This document shows positions 34,575 to 46,842 of a stretch of 64,000 nt of DNA, piece by piece. A program made the translations under genes and the position numbers. Within the stretch, counting starts at the first letter, position 1, and each line of letters begins with the position of its first letter. Origin of the DNA: Blastocladiella emersonii ATCC 22665 (lineage: Eukaryota; Fungi; Blastocladiomycota); NCBI GenBank assembly GCA_025594325.1, contig JANHCV010000001.1, forward strand, positions 4,650,001-4,714,000, in the 5' to 3' direction. Under the pieces are notes generated by a model. It was not told where the DNA came from and searched no databases. It saw only the letters and a list, made by a program, of their open reading frames with translations.

Positions 34575-37500
34575 TCACGCGTCGACGCCAAGCTGGTCCG
34601 CGTCGCCGCTGAGCCACACCTTGAGCGCGCGCTCGTACCCGGACGGCAGGTGGTCCGCGAACATGTTGCGGCGGACCAGCAGCTCGGCGAGCAGGTCGCG
34701 CGGCGTCGCCTCGATCACGGGAAGCACCACCGACCCGGTCCCGCGCGTCATGGGCCGGACCGCGGGCGGTTTCTTCTTCTTCACGGGCTTGGACTCGCCG
34801 CTGCTACTGCTCGACGCGCTGTCGGCCGACCCGCGCCGCGCTGGTGCCGTTGCAGACGACGACCCGAACCACCCGGAGAACGGCGCAAACGACGGGATCG
34901 ACGACGGCCGGCGCACCTGCTTTGGCGCCGCCGCCGCCGACTCTGGCGTCTCCTGCGCGGCCGCGACGCGGAGCTGGTCCACGCTCGCCGAATGCGTCAA
35001 CCCCATGGGCCTCCCCGCCGCGGCCGCTGCCGCCTCAGCGGCCGCAGGCTCCGTCTCGCCGAGCGCAATCTCCTCGACGAGCCGCTCGAGCGACCCGGCG
35101 GGCTCGTCGACGAGCCGCAGGTCGTCGACCAGGACGTCGGCGGGCGGGAGCGGGGAGAAGATCCCGACGCCGGCAGCGGCTGCGGCGGCTGCGGTCACGC
35201 TCGGCCACGCTGCGACGGGTGCGGGCGTGCCAGAGAGTGGGGCGACGCGCGACCGGCCCATGGCGGACGCCGAGTACGCGCCGGCGGCGGGGGTCGAGGT
35301 GATGGATGTCGATGAGCTTGCGGGGGAGCTCGTGAGCGGGATGGTGGCGGCGGTGGTGGGCGAGTCGGAGGGCGATGCGGATGATGCCGAGGTGGGTGGC
35401 GAGGTGGCTAGGGTGGCGGCCGCGACGTAGTGGATGTGGTAGATGGTGCCCGGGATATACAGCTGCGCGAGCGTCCTGTCAGTCGTCGTTCCCCACTGCG
35501 AACAGCGGGATTGTCATACCTTGGGGTTGACGTTGGTTTCGGTGAGGCGACGACGCGTCTACGCGGCCACCGAGGGTCAGCTCAAGTACCGTTCCACCAG
35601 CCGCAGCAGCACGCACCTCGGTGATCACATCAAACTTGTCCGCGAGCCGCGCCGCGACCTCGTCGTCCTTGGCCTTGGAGATGAGCCGCAGGATCTCGGC
35701 CGTGTGGTCCTCGACGAGCCCGACGGCCGTGAGGAGACACGTGCGGAGATCGACCACGGCGCCGTACGAGAGCCGACACACGAGGTCGTGCTCGTTGACG
35801 ACGGCCGTGATCAGCCCAGAGTACTCATCCGCCAGATTCGCCGAGCACACGGGCGGCGGCGCGAACGCATAGCAGTGGAGGTCGAGTCGGGGCACGAGTT
35901 CCTGCAGCGCGGGCATCAGGGTGTCGTTCAGCAGCATCGTGAGCAGGCACGCGGTCCCGGCACCGAGACTGTGGCCGACGACGACGAGGTGTTCGGGCCC
36001 GCGGTCGCGCACCCACGCGACGAGCTGCGGGGAGAGGACCGCGCTGAGCCACTCGGCGGCCACCTTCATCCCGCGGTGCACCATGCCGTCGCCGAACCGC
36101 ACGTACTCGCAGATCAGGTCCGTCACGGCGTCGACCGAGCTCAGCGTGCCGCGTATCGCGATCACCAGCGAGTTCTCGCGCCGGTCGTGCACCACGAAGT
36201 GCGACGGCTGGAATACCTCGCCGGTCCCGATCTCGGTCGACAGCCAGTCGCCCGGGTCGACGTGCGACAGGATCGCCGCCATGCTGAGCCGGTCGCTTGG
36301 GACCATGGACTTGCCAAAGTACACGAGGCCCATCCAGCCGTACGCGGCCATGGCGTCTACACGGGCATGAACGCGTCGTAAGGTGGCAGGCCCGCGGAGA
36401 TTCAGCGCAGTTGAGACGTACACTGCTTGTAGTGGAGCAGCGCCGCGAACAGGGACCGGTTGACAACGACCTGGTTAGACCGCGAGCTACATCACCACCG
36501 AGGTCAGTCACATCCCCGCCCCCACACTCACAAAAGCAAACAAACGTACATCGGATGCGCCTCGTAGTACCGCATCAGCAACAACACGCCGCAGATCCAC
36601 TCGGTGACCGAGACCGTGTCCATGCCCTGGCGGAACACGCCGAGGAGGCGGAACAGCTGGCGCAGCGTCTCGCGCGTGGCCTGCGACAGCGACAGCGCGC
36701 GCAGCGTGCCCTCGAGCAGCGCCTGGCTCACGCCGCTCACCTCCTTGGGGCTCAGCAGCCGCTGCACGGTGCGGTCCGGCTGCACGTGGTGCAGCGACTG
36801 GTGCTGGTACCAGATCTCGACCGACAGCGTGCCGAGGACTTTCGGGTCGCACAGGTACTCGGTGCACGGCGGCGGGTTGGTGGGAGGTTCGGCGGCAGTG
36901 GAGCGGTGGAGGAGCGACGACAGGTGGACGTGCGGCCGCCGCGACGGCGCGTGGTTTGGGTCGAAGATGGGCAGCACGCGCTTGACGGGTGCCGGCGCGA
37001 CGCCGAGCGGCAGGTCCGTCGCGGGCGCGAGGTCGGCGATGCGCAGCTCGGTCCGGCCCTTGAGCGTGTCCGATACGAACATGTGCGCGTTGAGGACGTC
37101 AATCTACTCCCCTCCCGCCAACACGAGTCAGCTCACACCGCGTCCCTCCACGCACAAGCGCCGCGCACCTGGATCGTCGAGAACAGCTGGGTATGATAAT
37201 CGACGCGCAGATCGAACCGGTCGCCCCACGCCCACCCAGCGACGCGCACCTCGCCCTTCCCCTCCACCCCACCCACCACGCGCTCGTCGTCGGGATCGTC
37301 GCGCACGAGCGTCGAGTACCGCTGCCCGCCGATCGCGACGCGCAGCAGCGGCGACCGGCACCGCACGCGGTCCGTGAACAGCTCGAGCCGCGCGAGCCGG
37401 ATGCGCAGCGTGCCGAGCGGCGGGAACGCGTCGGGCGCGCACACCGGAATGGGCGCCGAGGTCGGCTCCGTGCACACGGCCGACAGGATGGTGCCGCCCG

Positions 37501-37633
37501 CCGTCGAGGGACGTGGGCGCGGCGCGCGGCCGGGTGGAGAAAAGTGCGGCAGGACGCGCGCAGCGTCGGGGACGAGGATGTCCCGCGGCGGCTCTCGCGG
37601 CGGCGGCGCAGGCACGACGTTGGTCGATGACAT
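34575..37633 (-). CDS. Class 3 lipase (DAG-lipase-like alpha/beta hydrolase) with C2-like N-terminal region; multiple introns
   Basis: VIAIRGTLS..D..TD, VVGHSLGAG (GxSxG), CYAFAPPP, VNEHDLVCRLS, LYIPGTIYHI after intron 35519-35463, and C-terminal DHLPSGYERAL. Confidence 0.85.
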
Positions 37634-37833
37634 GATGGTGTATAGTGTTACAAGTCGGCGTGGTACATGGTTTTCGTTGAGTCTAACGTGCGCAGTCCAG
37701 CGGGAGAGAGAGGGAGCCGAGGTTGATGGCCGCGACTACATAGCGAGGGGCGTGGCGAAAACCTGCTCGTCGCTCGTCGCTCGTCCCCGCTCCCCCAGTG
37801 CGAAGGATCACATCACCACCACGAATCAACGCC

Positions 37834-39058
37834 ATGGGAAAGGACGCCGGCAAGAAGAAACAGCTGCGCGAGCAGCTCCGCGAGCGCCTGCAGCAGTCGG
37901 CCAAGGCCCCCGCGCCGGCGCCAAAGAAGAAGGGCGGCAAGGCCGCCGAGCCCAAGGCGGCTGCTCCCGCTGCCGCCGCTGAGAAGCCCGCGGCCCTGAC
38001 CAAGACGCAGGGCAAGAAGGCCGGCAAGAAGGCCGCCGCGCCCGCTGCCGCCGCACCCGCGAAGACGGCCGCTGCCGTCAAGGGGGCCGTGACGGCCGAG
38101 TCGGCGAAGAAGAAGAACAACAAGAAGAAGAACAAGAAGGTGGTCGTCAAGGCGCCCGTCAAGGGCGGCCACGAGGACGACGCGCCCGCCGCCGAGAACA
38201 TGGACCTCGACGTCGACGTCTCGGACGTGTCGGACGTGGCCCCGTCGGACCTCGACGTGAGCGGCAGCGACGACGACGACACGCCCATCGAGACGCCCGC
38301 GGCGGCGCCCAAGCTCAGCAAGATGCAGGAGGGCATGATGCGCCAGCTCGAGTCGGCCCACTTCCGCTTCCTCAACGAGCAGCTCTACACGACCGACGGC
38401 GCCACCGCGCTCCGCATGATGAAGGAGGAGCCGCACCTGTTCGATCTGGTACGCTCTCTGTTCCGTCGATGATCCCGGTCCACGGGCACTGACCGTCCGA
38501 CCCCTCCCTGTCTAGTACCACCGCGGCTTCCGCCACCAGGCCGAGTCGTGGCCCGAGAACCCCGTGCAGCGGATCCTGGCCGAGATCAAGGCGCACGTGC
38601 CGACGACGGCGACTGTGGTCGACATGGGTTGCGGTGACGCGCTGCTGGCGCAGGAGCTGAAGCCGCTCGGGTACACGGTGCGGTCGTTCGACCTGGTGGC
38701 CAAGCCGCCGCACGTCGAGGCCGCTGACATGGCCAGCGTGCCCGTCAAGGAGGGCCTGGCCGACGTCGTCGTCTTCTCGCTCAGCCTCATGAACACGGAC
38801 TGGGGCAAGGGCGCCGCCGAGGGATGCCGCGTCCTGCGCAAGGGCGGCATTATGAAGATCGCCGAGGTCGTGTCGCGCATCCCGAACCTCGACGACTTTA
38901 TCCGCTGCCTCGAGAAGCTCGGGCTCAACGTCGTCAGCAAGGATACCAAGAACCCCATGTTCGTCATGCTCACGCTCCGCAAGAAGGCCGCCGCCGTCGA
39001 CAAGCGTATCGCGGCCGAGTTTGAGCCTCTCAAGCCGTGCATCTACAAGAAGCGCTAA
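37834..39058 (+). CDS. RRP8: rRNA adenine-N1 methyltransferase Rrp8/nucleomethylin; intron 38449-38515
   Basis: AHFRFLNEQLYT, YHRGFRHQAESWPENPV, VVDMGCGDA, VVVFSLSLMNTD, LKPCIYKKR. Confidence 0.95.
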
Positions 39059-39250
39059 GCGCGTTTCCTTGACCGTAACATCTCGTAGATACACTCGTAT
39101 CCTAGTTATCCATGGTGGTTGATGTTTCACGGTTTTTGTATTCATTTCCCCTCGCACAGGGGAAGGCGGGATCATCACTCGAGGGAGAGGTAGGAGGAAG
39201 GAGGTGGGTAACAATCGACCAGGCGGTCACGGCCACGGTGGTCACGACCA

Positions 39251-40175
39251 TCAGTGGAAGGCCGTGTTCTGCAGCGAGTCGGCGTGGACGGGCATCTCGT
39301 TGCGCTTGAACGAGTTGAGCTCCTCGCGGATCTCCATCTTCATCTTGGGCGTGAGCTTGCGGAACGTCGAGTTTGTGTCGGGGCGGCGGTTGTACTCGGT
39401 CTTGCGGAACGTCGGCAGCACCTCGACCGACTCGTCGAACTTGAGCAGGCGCTCCGGCAGCTGGTCGGGCGTCGGGCGCGCCTGCAGGCGCGACTCGAGC
39501 GCGTCGCTCAGCTGCGCGCGCTTGAGCTGCTCGGCCGCCTGCGCCAGCGACGAGTCGATGTTCGGGTTGTCGGCGGCTACACGCAGACGCGAGAGTCAGC
39601 TCGTGGTCGCGGAGCGTCGCGCCGTGTCGCGTCAGCGTACCCTTGAGAATGTTCTTGTCCATGAGCTCCTGGCGCTCGGGCCGCTTCTTGAGGCACCCCT
39701 TGAGCGCCTTGGACCGCTCCGAGATGGACCCGGGCTGGTCGACCACGACGGCCGCGCCGCCCGCGGGCGCTGCGCCGCCGGCGCTCCCTGCACGCTGCAG
39801 CTGGAGGGCAATCGAGTCGGACGAGTCGACTACAGGACCACACAGAAGTCAGTGACCGAAGCCTCACACCACGACGCGACGCGTACCGCGAATGATGTTG
39901 CGGAGCTTGAGGTCGGCCTTGCTCGGGCGGCGCGCGATCCGGGCCGCGAGCCGCTCCTTGTCCTTTTCGCTGGTCAGGAGCGCGTTGGCCGCGTCCGTGG
40001 CCGCGGCCGCGGCATCCGTCGCCGCGCCGGGAGCCTTGGCCGGCTCAGCGGGAGCGGGGGTCTGCGCCGGGACGGGGGCCGCCACGACGGCGGCGGCAGG
40101 AGCAGCGGGCGCGGGGACGGCGGCAGTCGGGGCGCTCATGGTGGAGGTGGTGGTTGGCTTGAGTTCAGTAGCCAT
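39251..40175 (-). CDS. RPEL-repeat protein with Phactr/Bni4-like PP1-binding C-terminus; introns
   Basis: RPEL-like repeats LAARIARRPSKADLKLRNI, LKGCLKKRPERQELMDKNIL and LESRLQARPTPDQL. C-terminus KFDESVEV...EYNRRPD...LTPKMKMEIREELNSFKRNEMPVHADSLQNTAFH. Confidence 0.85.
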
Positions 40176-40812
40176 GCAGTGTAGTATGGGTAGCCGTTGT
40201 TGGAGAGAGTGAGTGAGGAGAGAAGAGTCGATATTGTCGCAGCAAGTCAGGTCGGGGAGGCGGGGGAGAGCGAGGCGGTGGTCTCGAGATGTGAAGGAAG
40301 GGAGGCAAACCGGCTGACAGAGTCGATGGCGGTCGAAGGTGGGCGACAGTCCGTCGTGGATCAAGCAGCACGCAGCGGCGAGGGCTGGGCGAGGGCCACG
40401 GCGGTGTGATCAGGCCGAAAATCGGCCTTTGTTTTCGTGCCACGACTTGGCGCAACTGACTGACCTGCTGTCGGCCTTCGTCGTCCGGGGAACACGGCGG
40501 CGGGCACGAGCGAAACAAGCCGCGCGCGACGCGAGACGAGACGCGTCGGTGTCTCGCACACGCGTCTCGCGTTTCACACGTGACGGCGGCGCGTGGTGCT
40601 GAGATCACATGACCGGTTGTCAGGCGACTTCTGGATGATTTACTAACTCTTTTGAGGGGGTTGGACATTTGACGGGGAGGGACAGGGCTCGCTGGGAATG
40701 GGACTACATTGATTGGAGGGGGGAGGGAGGGTTGATTGGGAAGGGGAGGGGCGAAATAAAAAGCAGGGCGGGGGAGGGTGGGGTAGGGTAGGGAGTCGAC
40801 ACAGGACGACGC

Positions 40813-42009
<1,197 letters not shown>

Positions 42010-42800
42010 GGTTGGTTACGTAGTTCGGGGCGGTCAGGGGCGAGCGCAGCAACAACGGGACAGGGAGCGGCGGCGCGGATGGCGGCCGATCGCTCAACTC
42101 GGCCAGCCCGAGCGCGGCGGGGAGCGACCGTGGAAACGCAAGTTTTGCGCATCACGTGGCCTCACCTGCCCCGCATCCGCGCTGAAAATCGCCTCCGCTT
42201 TTCGAGCATCGCCAGCCTCACGACTCTCTACCACGTCGATCCCGCTCCCTCAACTCCATGCAACGACCGCTCGTCCACGGGTGCGGCCCGTCCGCGTGCA
42301 CTCGGACGGGTTCCGCTCGAGGAGGCCGCGGCATCGCCGATCCCGCCGTCCCGGTCTCGTCTCCAACCCCGGAAGTTGCGATGTGCCGCCTTCATCAACT
42401 CCGACAGTTGCGTGATGTGAGGAGAGGGGAGCGACTGCTCGGGCAAACAGCGACGCGACCGTGTGGCGCAGCGCCCGGCATTGGACCCGTCATGAACGGA
42501 TATTAAAGGCTTTCTTTAGCCCTTGTCGCGGCTTGCCGGGCCTTCTGGACTGAAGCCGGCCCGCCTCACTCTGCTCTCATCTCTCCATTCATTTCACCCA
42601 CATTGCTGCGCTGCTGGACACGCACATCTCGTCGGACGAGATTCCTCTCTCCCCCCATTCCATCACCATCCAACCCATTCCCGTCACCACCTGCTCGCTC
42701 GCCGGCCGCCATCGCCTGCACTCGACCACCATCATCTACATCAACACCAACCGCCTCGTGTGAGGTCATAGACTGATTCCCGACCGCGCTCCACGACACC

Positions 42801-43583
42801 ATGGTCTCGTCATCCATGACCTCCAACTTCCCGCTCGCCGTGTGCTCGCTCGTACTGGCGCTGGCCGTGCTGCTCGGCACGCTTTCGCACACGCCGGGCG
42901 CCCAGGTCGCCGCTGCCCCGCTGCTGGGCATTGACCTGCCCATCATCGGTGGTGGTAACGACGGCGGCGGCCTCATCGGCGGCATCCTGCCCATCGGGCA
43001 GAAGCCCGCTCCAGCTCCGGCCCCGGCCCCCGCCCCCGCGCCAGCTCCCGCCCCCGCACCGGCACCAGCCCCCGCGCCAAAGCCGCCGACCACGACCAAC
43101 CCGCCGCCCGCGCCCAAGCCGACCAACGCGCCGGCGCCCTTGCCGACCGAGACCAAGAAGGACGAGCCGGCCAAGACCGAGACCAAGGCGGACCCGACTC
43201 CCACGAGCACGACGACGTCGGCGCACCCGTCGGATCCGACGCCGCCCATCATCCCGGTCCCCGCCGAGACGACGACGCGGCAGCAGGCGCAGCAGTCGGT
43301 GCCGACGGTGCTGGTCGGCAACGCGGCGAGCGCGGAGCGCGCCAGCAACAAGGACCTGACGACGGCGTCGCAGGCGCCCGGCATGTCGACCGAGTCGATT
43401 GCCCTGGTGGCGTCGCTGGCCGGCGCCGGGTTCCTCGGGCTGGTCGCGGGCGTCTGGGTGTTCCGCAAGCGCATGGTGCGGCCGTCCGAGGGGTTCAAGC
43501 AGAAGTTCGACCCCAATGCGACCGGGTTCCGCGAGCGTACCCGCGAGTCCGACAAGGACTTTGCGCGCGACCTGCGCCACTGA
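42801..43583 (+). CDS. Single-pass cell-surface protein: signal peptide, (PA)n and P/T-rich stalk, one TM helix, short cytoplasmic tail
   Basis: Hydrophobic N-terminus, (PA)n run, TM IALVASLAGAGFLGLVAGVWVF followed by RKR and PSEGF. Confidence 0.8.
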   Translation: MVSSSMTSNFPLAVCSLVLALAVLLGTLSHTPGAQVAAAPLLGIDLPIIGGGNDGGGLIGGILPIGQKPAPAPAPAPAPAPAPAPAPAPAPAPKPPTTTNPPPAPKPTNAPAPLPTETKKDEPAKTETKADPTPTSTTTSAHPSDPTPPIIPVPAETTTRQQAQQSVPTVLVGNAASAERASNKDLTTASQAPGMSTESIALVASLAGAGFLGLVAGVWVFRKRMVRPSEGFKQKFDPNATGFRERTRESDKDFARDLRH

Positions 43584-43797
43584 GCGCTGAGCTCAGCGCG
43601 CCCCTCTTCCATTATCCGTTGTGAATACACTCAACACGTCTGCATCCCCCTTCGTTTCGCGTTCAGCGCTCGGTGATGTCGCGCGGTGATCGCGGTCACG
43701 CTGTCTCGCGCCATCGCCACCACGCGATCCGACCGCCTCCTCGCCGGATCGCCGCGGGGCTCTCCCTCTCCTCCATGCATCAACCGCGATTCATGCA

Positions 43798-45774
43798 ATG
43801 GAGAACGGACGATCAACGCCCATGTATTCGACGTGGCGAGGCAACGGGAGCGCTGCTGGCCGCGACGGCGGCCTCGTGCGCACGCCGACCCCGGCCGCCA
43901 CGCACCCCATCGGCGGCGACGCCGACATGACTGACGCGCCGCCGCTGCACCACCACCAGCAGCAGGTCGTCGACGGAGCCGATCCCGACGAGGTCAAGTT
44001 TGTCTCGGAGCTATCCATGTCGCTGCAGTGTCCCATGTCCGTGCACCTCGCTCGCTCGCCCGCGCCCAACTCTGTCCTGACACCCCGCGCCGATCTAGCT
44101 GCTACGAGGTGTGCACCGAACCAGTCATCACACACGTGTGCCACCACTCGTTTTGCGCGTCGTGCATTGCGAAATCGCTCGAGCACGAGCCGTACTGCCC
44201 GCTGTGCCGGCGCCGGCTGCGCGCCGAGGACCTTCACCCGAACCTCGCGCTCGCTGGGCTCATCAGCGAGCTGCCCGTCTTCTGCAAGTTCAAGCGGTTT
44301 GGGTGCCCCGCCGTCGTGCGCTACGACTCGCGGGAACACCACTCGCGCGAGTGCGGGTTTGCGCCCGCCAAGTGCGCGTTGCACCGGTTCGGGTGCGGGT
44401 TCACGGGTACGCGCGTACTGCTGTCGCCGATGGTTATCAGAGTCTGACCTCCGAGGCCCCGTCTAGGTGCCGCGCAAGACGTGCAGCGACACGAGGCGAC
44501 CTCGTGCGTGTTCGCGGCGCTCCGCGTGTACCTCGAGGCGACCGAGACGCGGATCCGCACCCTCGAGGAGACGGTGCTGCAGCAGCAGGCCGAGATGGCG
44601 CGCATGAGCGTCGCCATCGCCAAGTACCCGCTTCTCGCGCGGTCCCTCGCCGCCGGGTCTGACGGCACCTCGAGCCCGCTGCCCATGGACGCGGTCGAGG
44701 ACGGCGAGCCTGCCGAGGTACGCCTTCCACTCCGCTCGCCCATCCAACCCGTCTCACTCGCCGTCAATACAGATCTTCCCGCTCGGCGACATCCAGTGCC
44801 GGCGCACGATCCGCGAGCACACGTGCGGTGTGGCGTCGGTCGCGTACCACGACGGGACCATCTACTCGGGCGCGCACGACGGCACCATCAAGGTGTTCAA
44901 CGCCGAGACGGGCACGCCGCTGCGTTCGCTCGCCGCGCACCGCGAGACCGTGTGGTCGCTCGCCGTCGACGCGCGCCGCCGCCTCTTCTCGGCGTCGCGC
45001 GACGGCACCATCAAGGTCTGGGACATGAGCCGCCCGCACACCGCGAGTGTCAGCAGCGGGACCGGGACCGGCGGTGGCGAGGACGGGCTAACCTCCAGAG
45101 TCCCGCTCCTCGACACGCTCACGTCGCACGCAGGCAAGATCTACTCGCTGGCCATCACCGACGACAGCACGCGCATGTACAGCGGGTCGGGCGACCGCAC
45201 CGTGCGGGTATGGGACCTCGCTGCCGCGTCCTCGCCGTCGACCTCGGTCCCCTGCATCGGCCTGTTCCAGGGCCACACGCAGGGCGTCAACGCGCTGTGC
45301 CTCGCGGACGCGTCGATCGCGGGCGGCGCGCTGCTGACGGCGAGCAACGACAAGACGGTCAAGGTGTGGGACCGCGCGACCGGCGCGTGCACGCGCACGC
45401 TGGCGCTCGCGGCCGAGGTGCTGGATGTCGCCGCGGACCCGGTCTCCGGGCTCGTGTTTGCGTCGACGTACGACGCGACGATTTCCGCGTTCGACCTCCG
45501 CGCACCCGCACCCGCCGTTGACCCGGCCTCGGACGCGCTCTCGGCGCCCGTGGCCGTCCTCGCGGGCCACAACTGGGAGGTGTGGCGTCTGCAGGTCGTG
45601 GACGGGGTCCTGTTCAGCGGGTCGTTCGACCACTCGATCAAGCGGTGGGACACGCGCACCTTCGAGGCCACGGCCACGCTCAAGGGCCACCGCGGGTTCG
45701 TGCACGCGCTCGCTGCCGGCCACGGGTCGCTGATTTCTGGGTGTGCGGACCGGACCATCAAGATCTGGAGCTGA
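43798..45774 (+). CDS. RING / TRAF-type zinc finger / coiled coil / WD40 protein (TRAF7-like E3 ligase architecture); introns
   Basis: C3HC4 RING (CPICYEVCTEPVITHVCHHSFCASCI...CPLCR), C..K..GC zinc fingers, heptad region, multiple WD repeats (HRETVWSL...DGTIKVWD, HNWEVWRL...FDHSIKRWD). Confidence 0.88.
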
Positions 45775-45821
45775 AGCGAGGGGATACATACCCATTAGTA
45801 TACGAACTGTATTCACTTAAC

Positions 45822-46655
45822 TCACTCGCCGTCCTCGTCGAGAATCGTGCGTGACCGCTTGTGCGACCGCTTCTTGTTGCTGCTGCTCGATGCCGCGGCA
45901 CCGACGCCTGGCGTCCCGGGCGCCGCGCCTGCACTGCTTGTTGGGACTGCGGCGATCCCGCCGCCGCCCGCAGCCGCGACAGCCTGCTTCTTGCGGTGCG
46001 ACGACGCTCCTCCGCCCGACGGCGACGCCGCGCCGGACCCCCCTGCTGCCGCGGCGCGCGCCGCGAGGACGGCCGGTGGGAGCTCTCCGTGCGTCGAGGC
46101 ACCATGCGCAACAGCGACTCCAACCCCGTCGCGCAGCTCCTGCAGGCGGCGCAGGGAGTCCTGGTAGGTAGTGGACGAGTTGGAGAAGATGCGGTCGCTG
46201 TTATCGGCGGGTCCACGCGTGCGGCGGCGCTCGGACCGCGCGCCGAGGTACCCGTCGAAGCCGCGCAGGATGTTGCCGCCCACGGCCGTCTCCTCGAGGT
46301 ACGAGCCCTCGAGCTGGTAGATGCGGTACTCGATTTCCATCTGTGCGAGGTGGGGAGAGTGAGTGGGGTCGGGGAGAGAGGGGCGGGGAGGGAGGGCAGG
46401 GCGTACCACGCTCTTGTCAATCTTCTGCTTCTGCCGGATCAGCTCGAGTAGCTCGGTCTCGGCCTCCTTAACAGCGGCCGCGGCCGCGTCGGCGGCGCCA
46501 GAGGTCGAGGTACCGGAGGCGGGGTCGGATGTTGGGGAGGGAGCACCCGCGGACTGTGAAGAGGGCGCTCGACGAGGTCAGCGACGACAGGGTGCGAGTG
46601 CCGGCGACGGATACGCTACGGAGGAAGCTGTTGCAGAGTCGGATCCCTTGGCCAT
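45822..46655 (-). CDS. EAF6: NuA4/Piccolo HAT subunit Eaf6 (MEAF6); two introns
   Basis: ELLELIRQKQKIDKSV|MEIEYRIYQLEGSYLEET..GNILRGFDGYL...RIFSNSSTTY. Confidence 0.92.
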
Positions 46656-46842
46656 GATGGTTGCATTCAGTTATTGAAGTTCATTCGATTCATGTGCTGC
46701 AGGGAGCAAGAGGGAAGGAGGCCAAGGCGCGCGGAGTCCTTGAGGCGCGGCGCGTCCACCGCCGCTCGCGGCCTTGCTCGCGGCCATGGCCAAGATTTTT
46801 TGCCGCAAAATGGCTGCAATGTACATTCCAAAATCATTGAGT

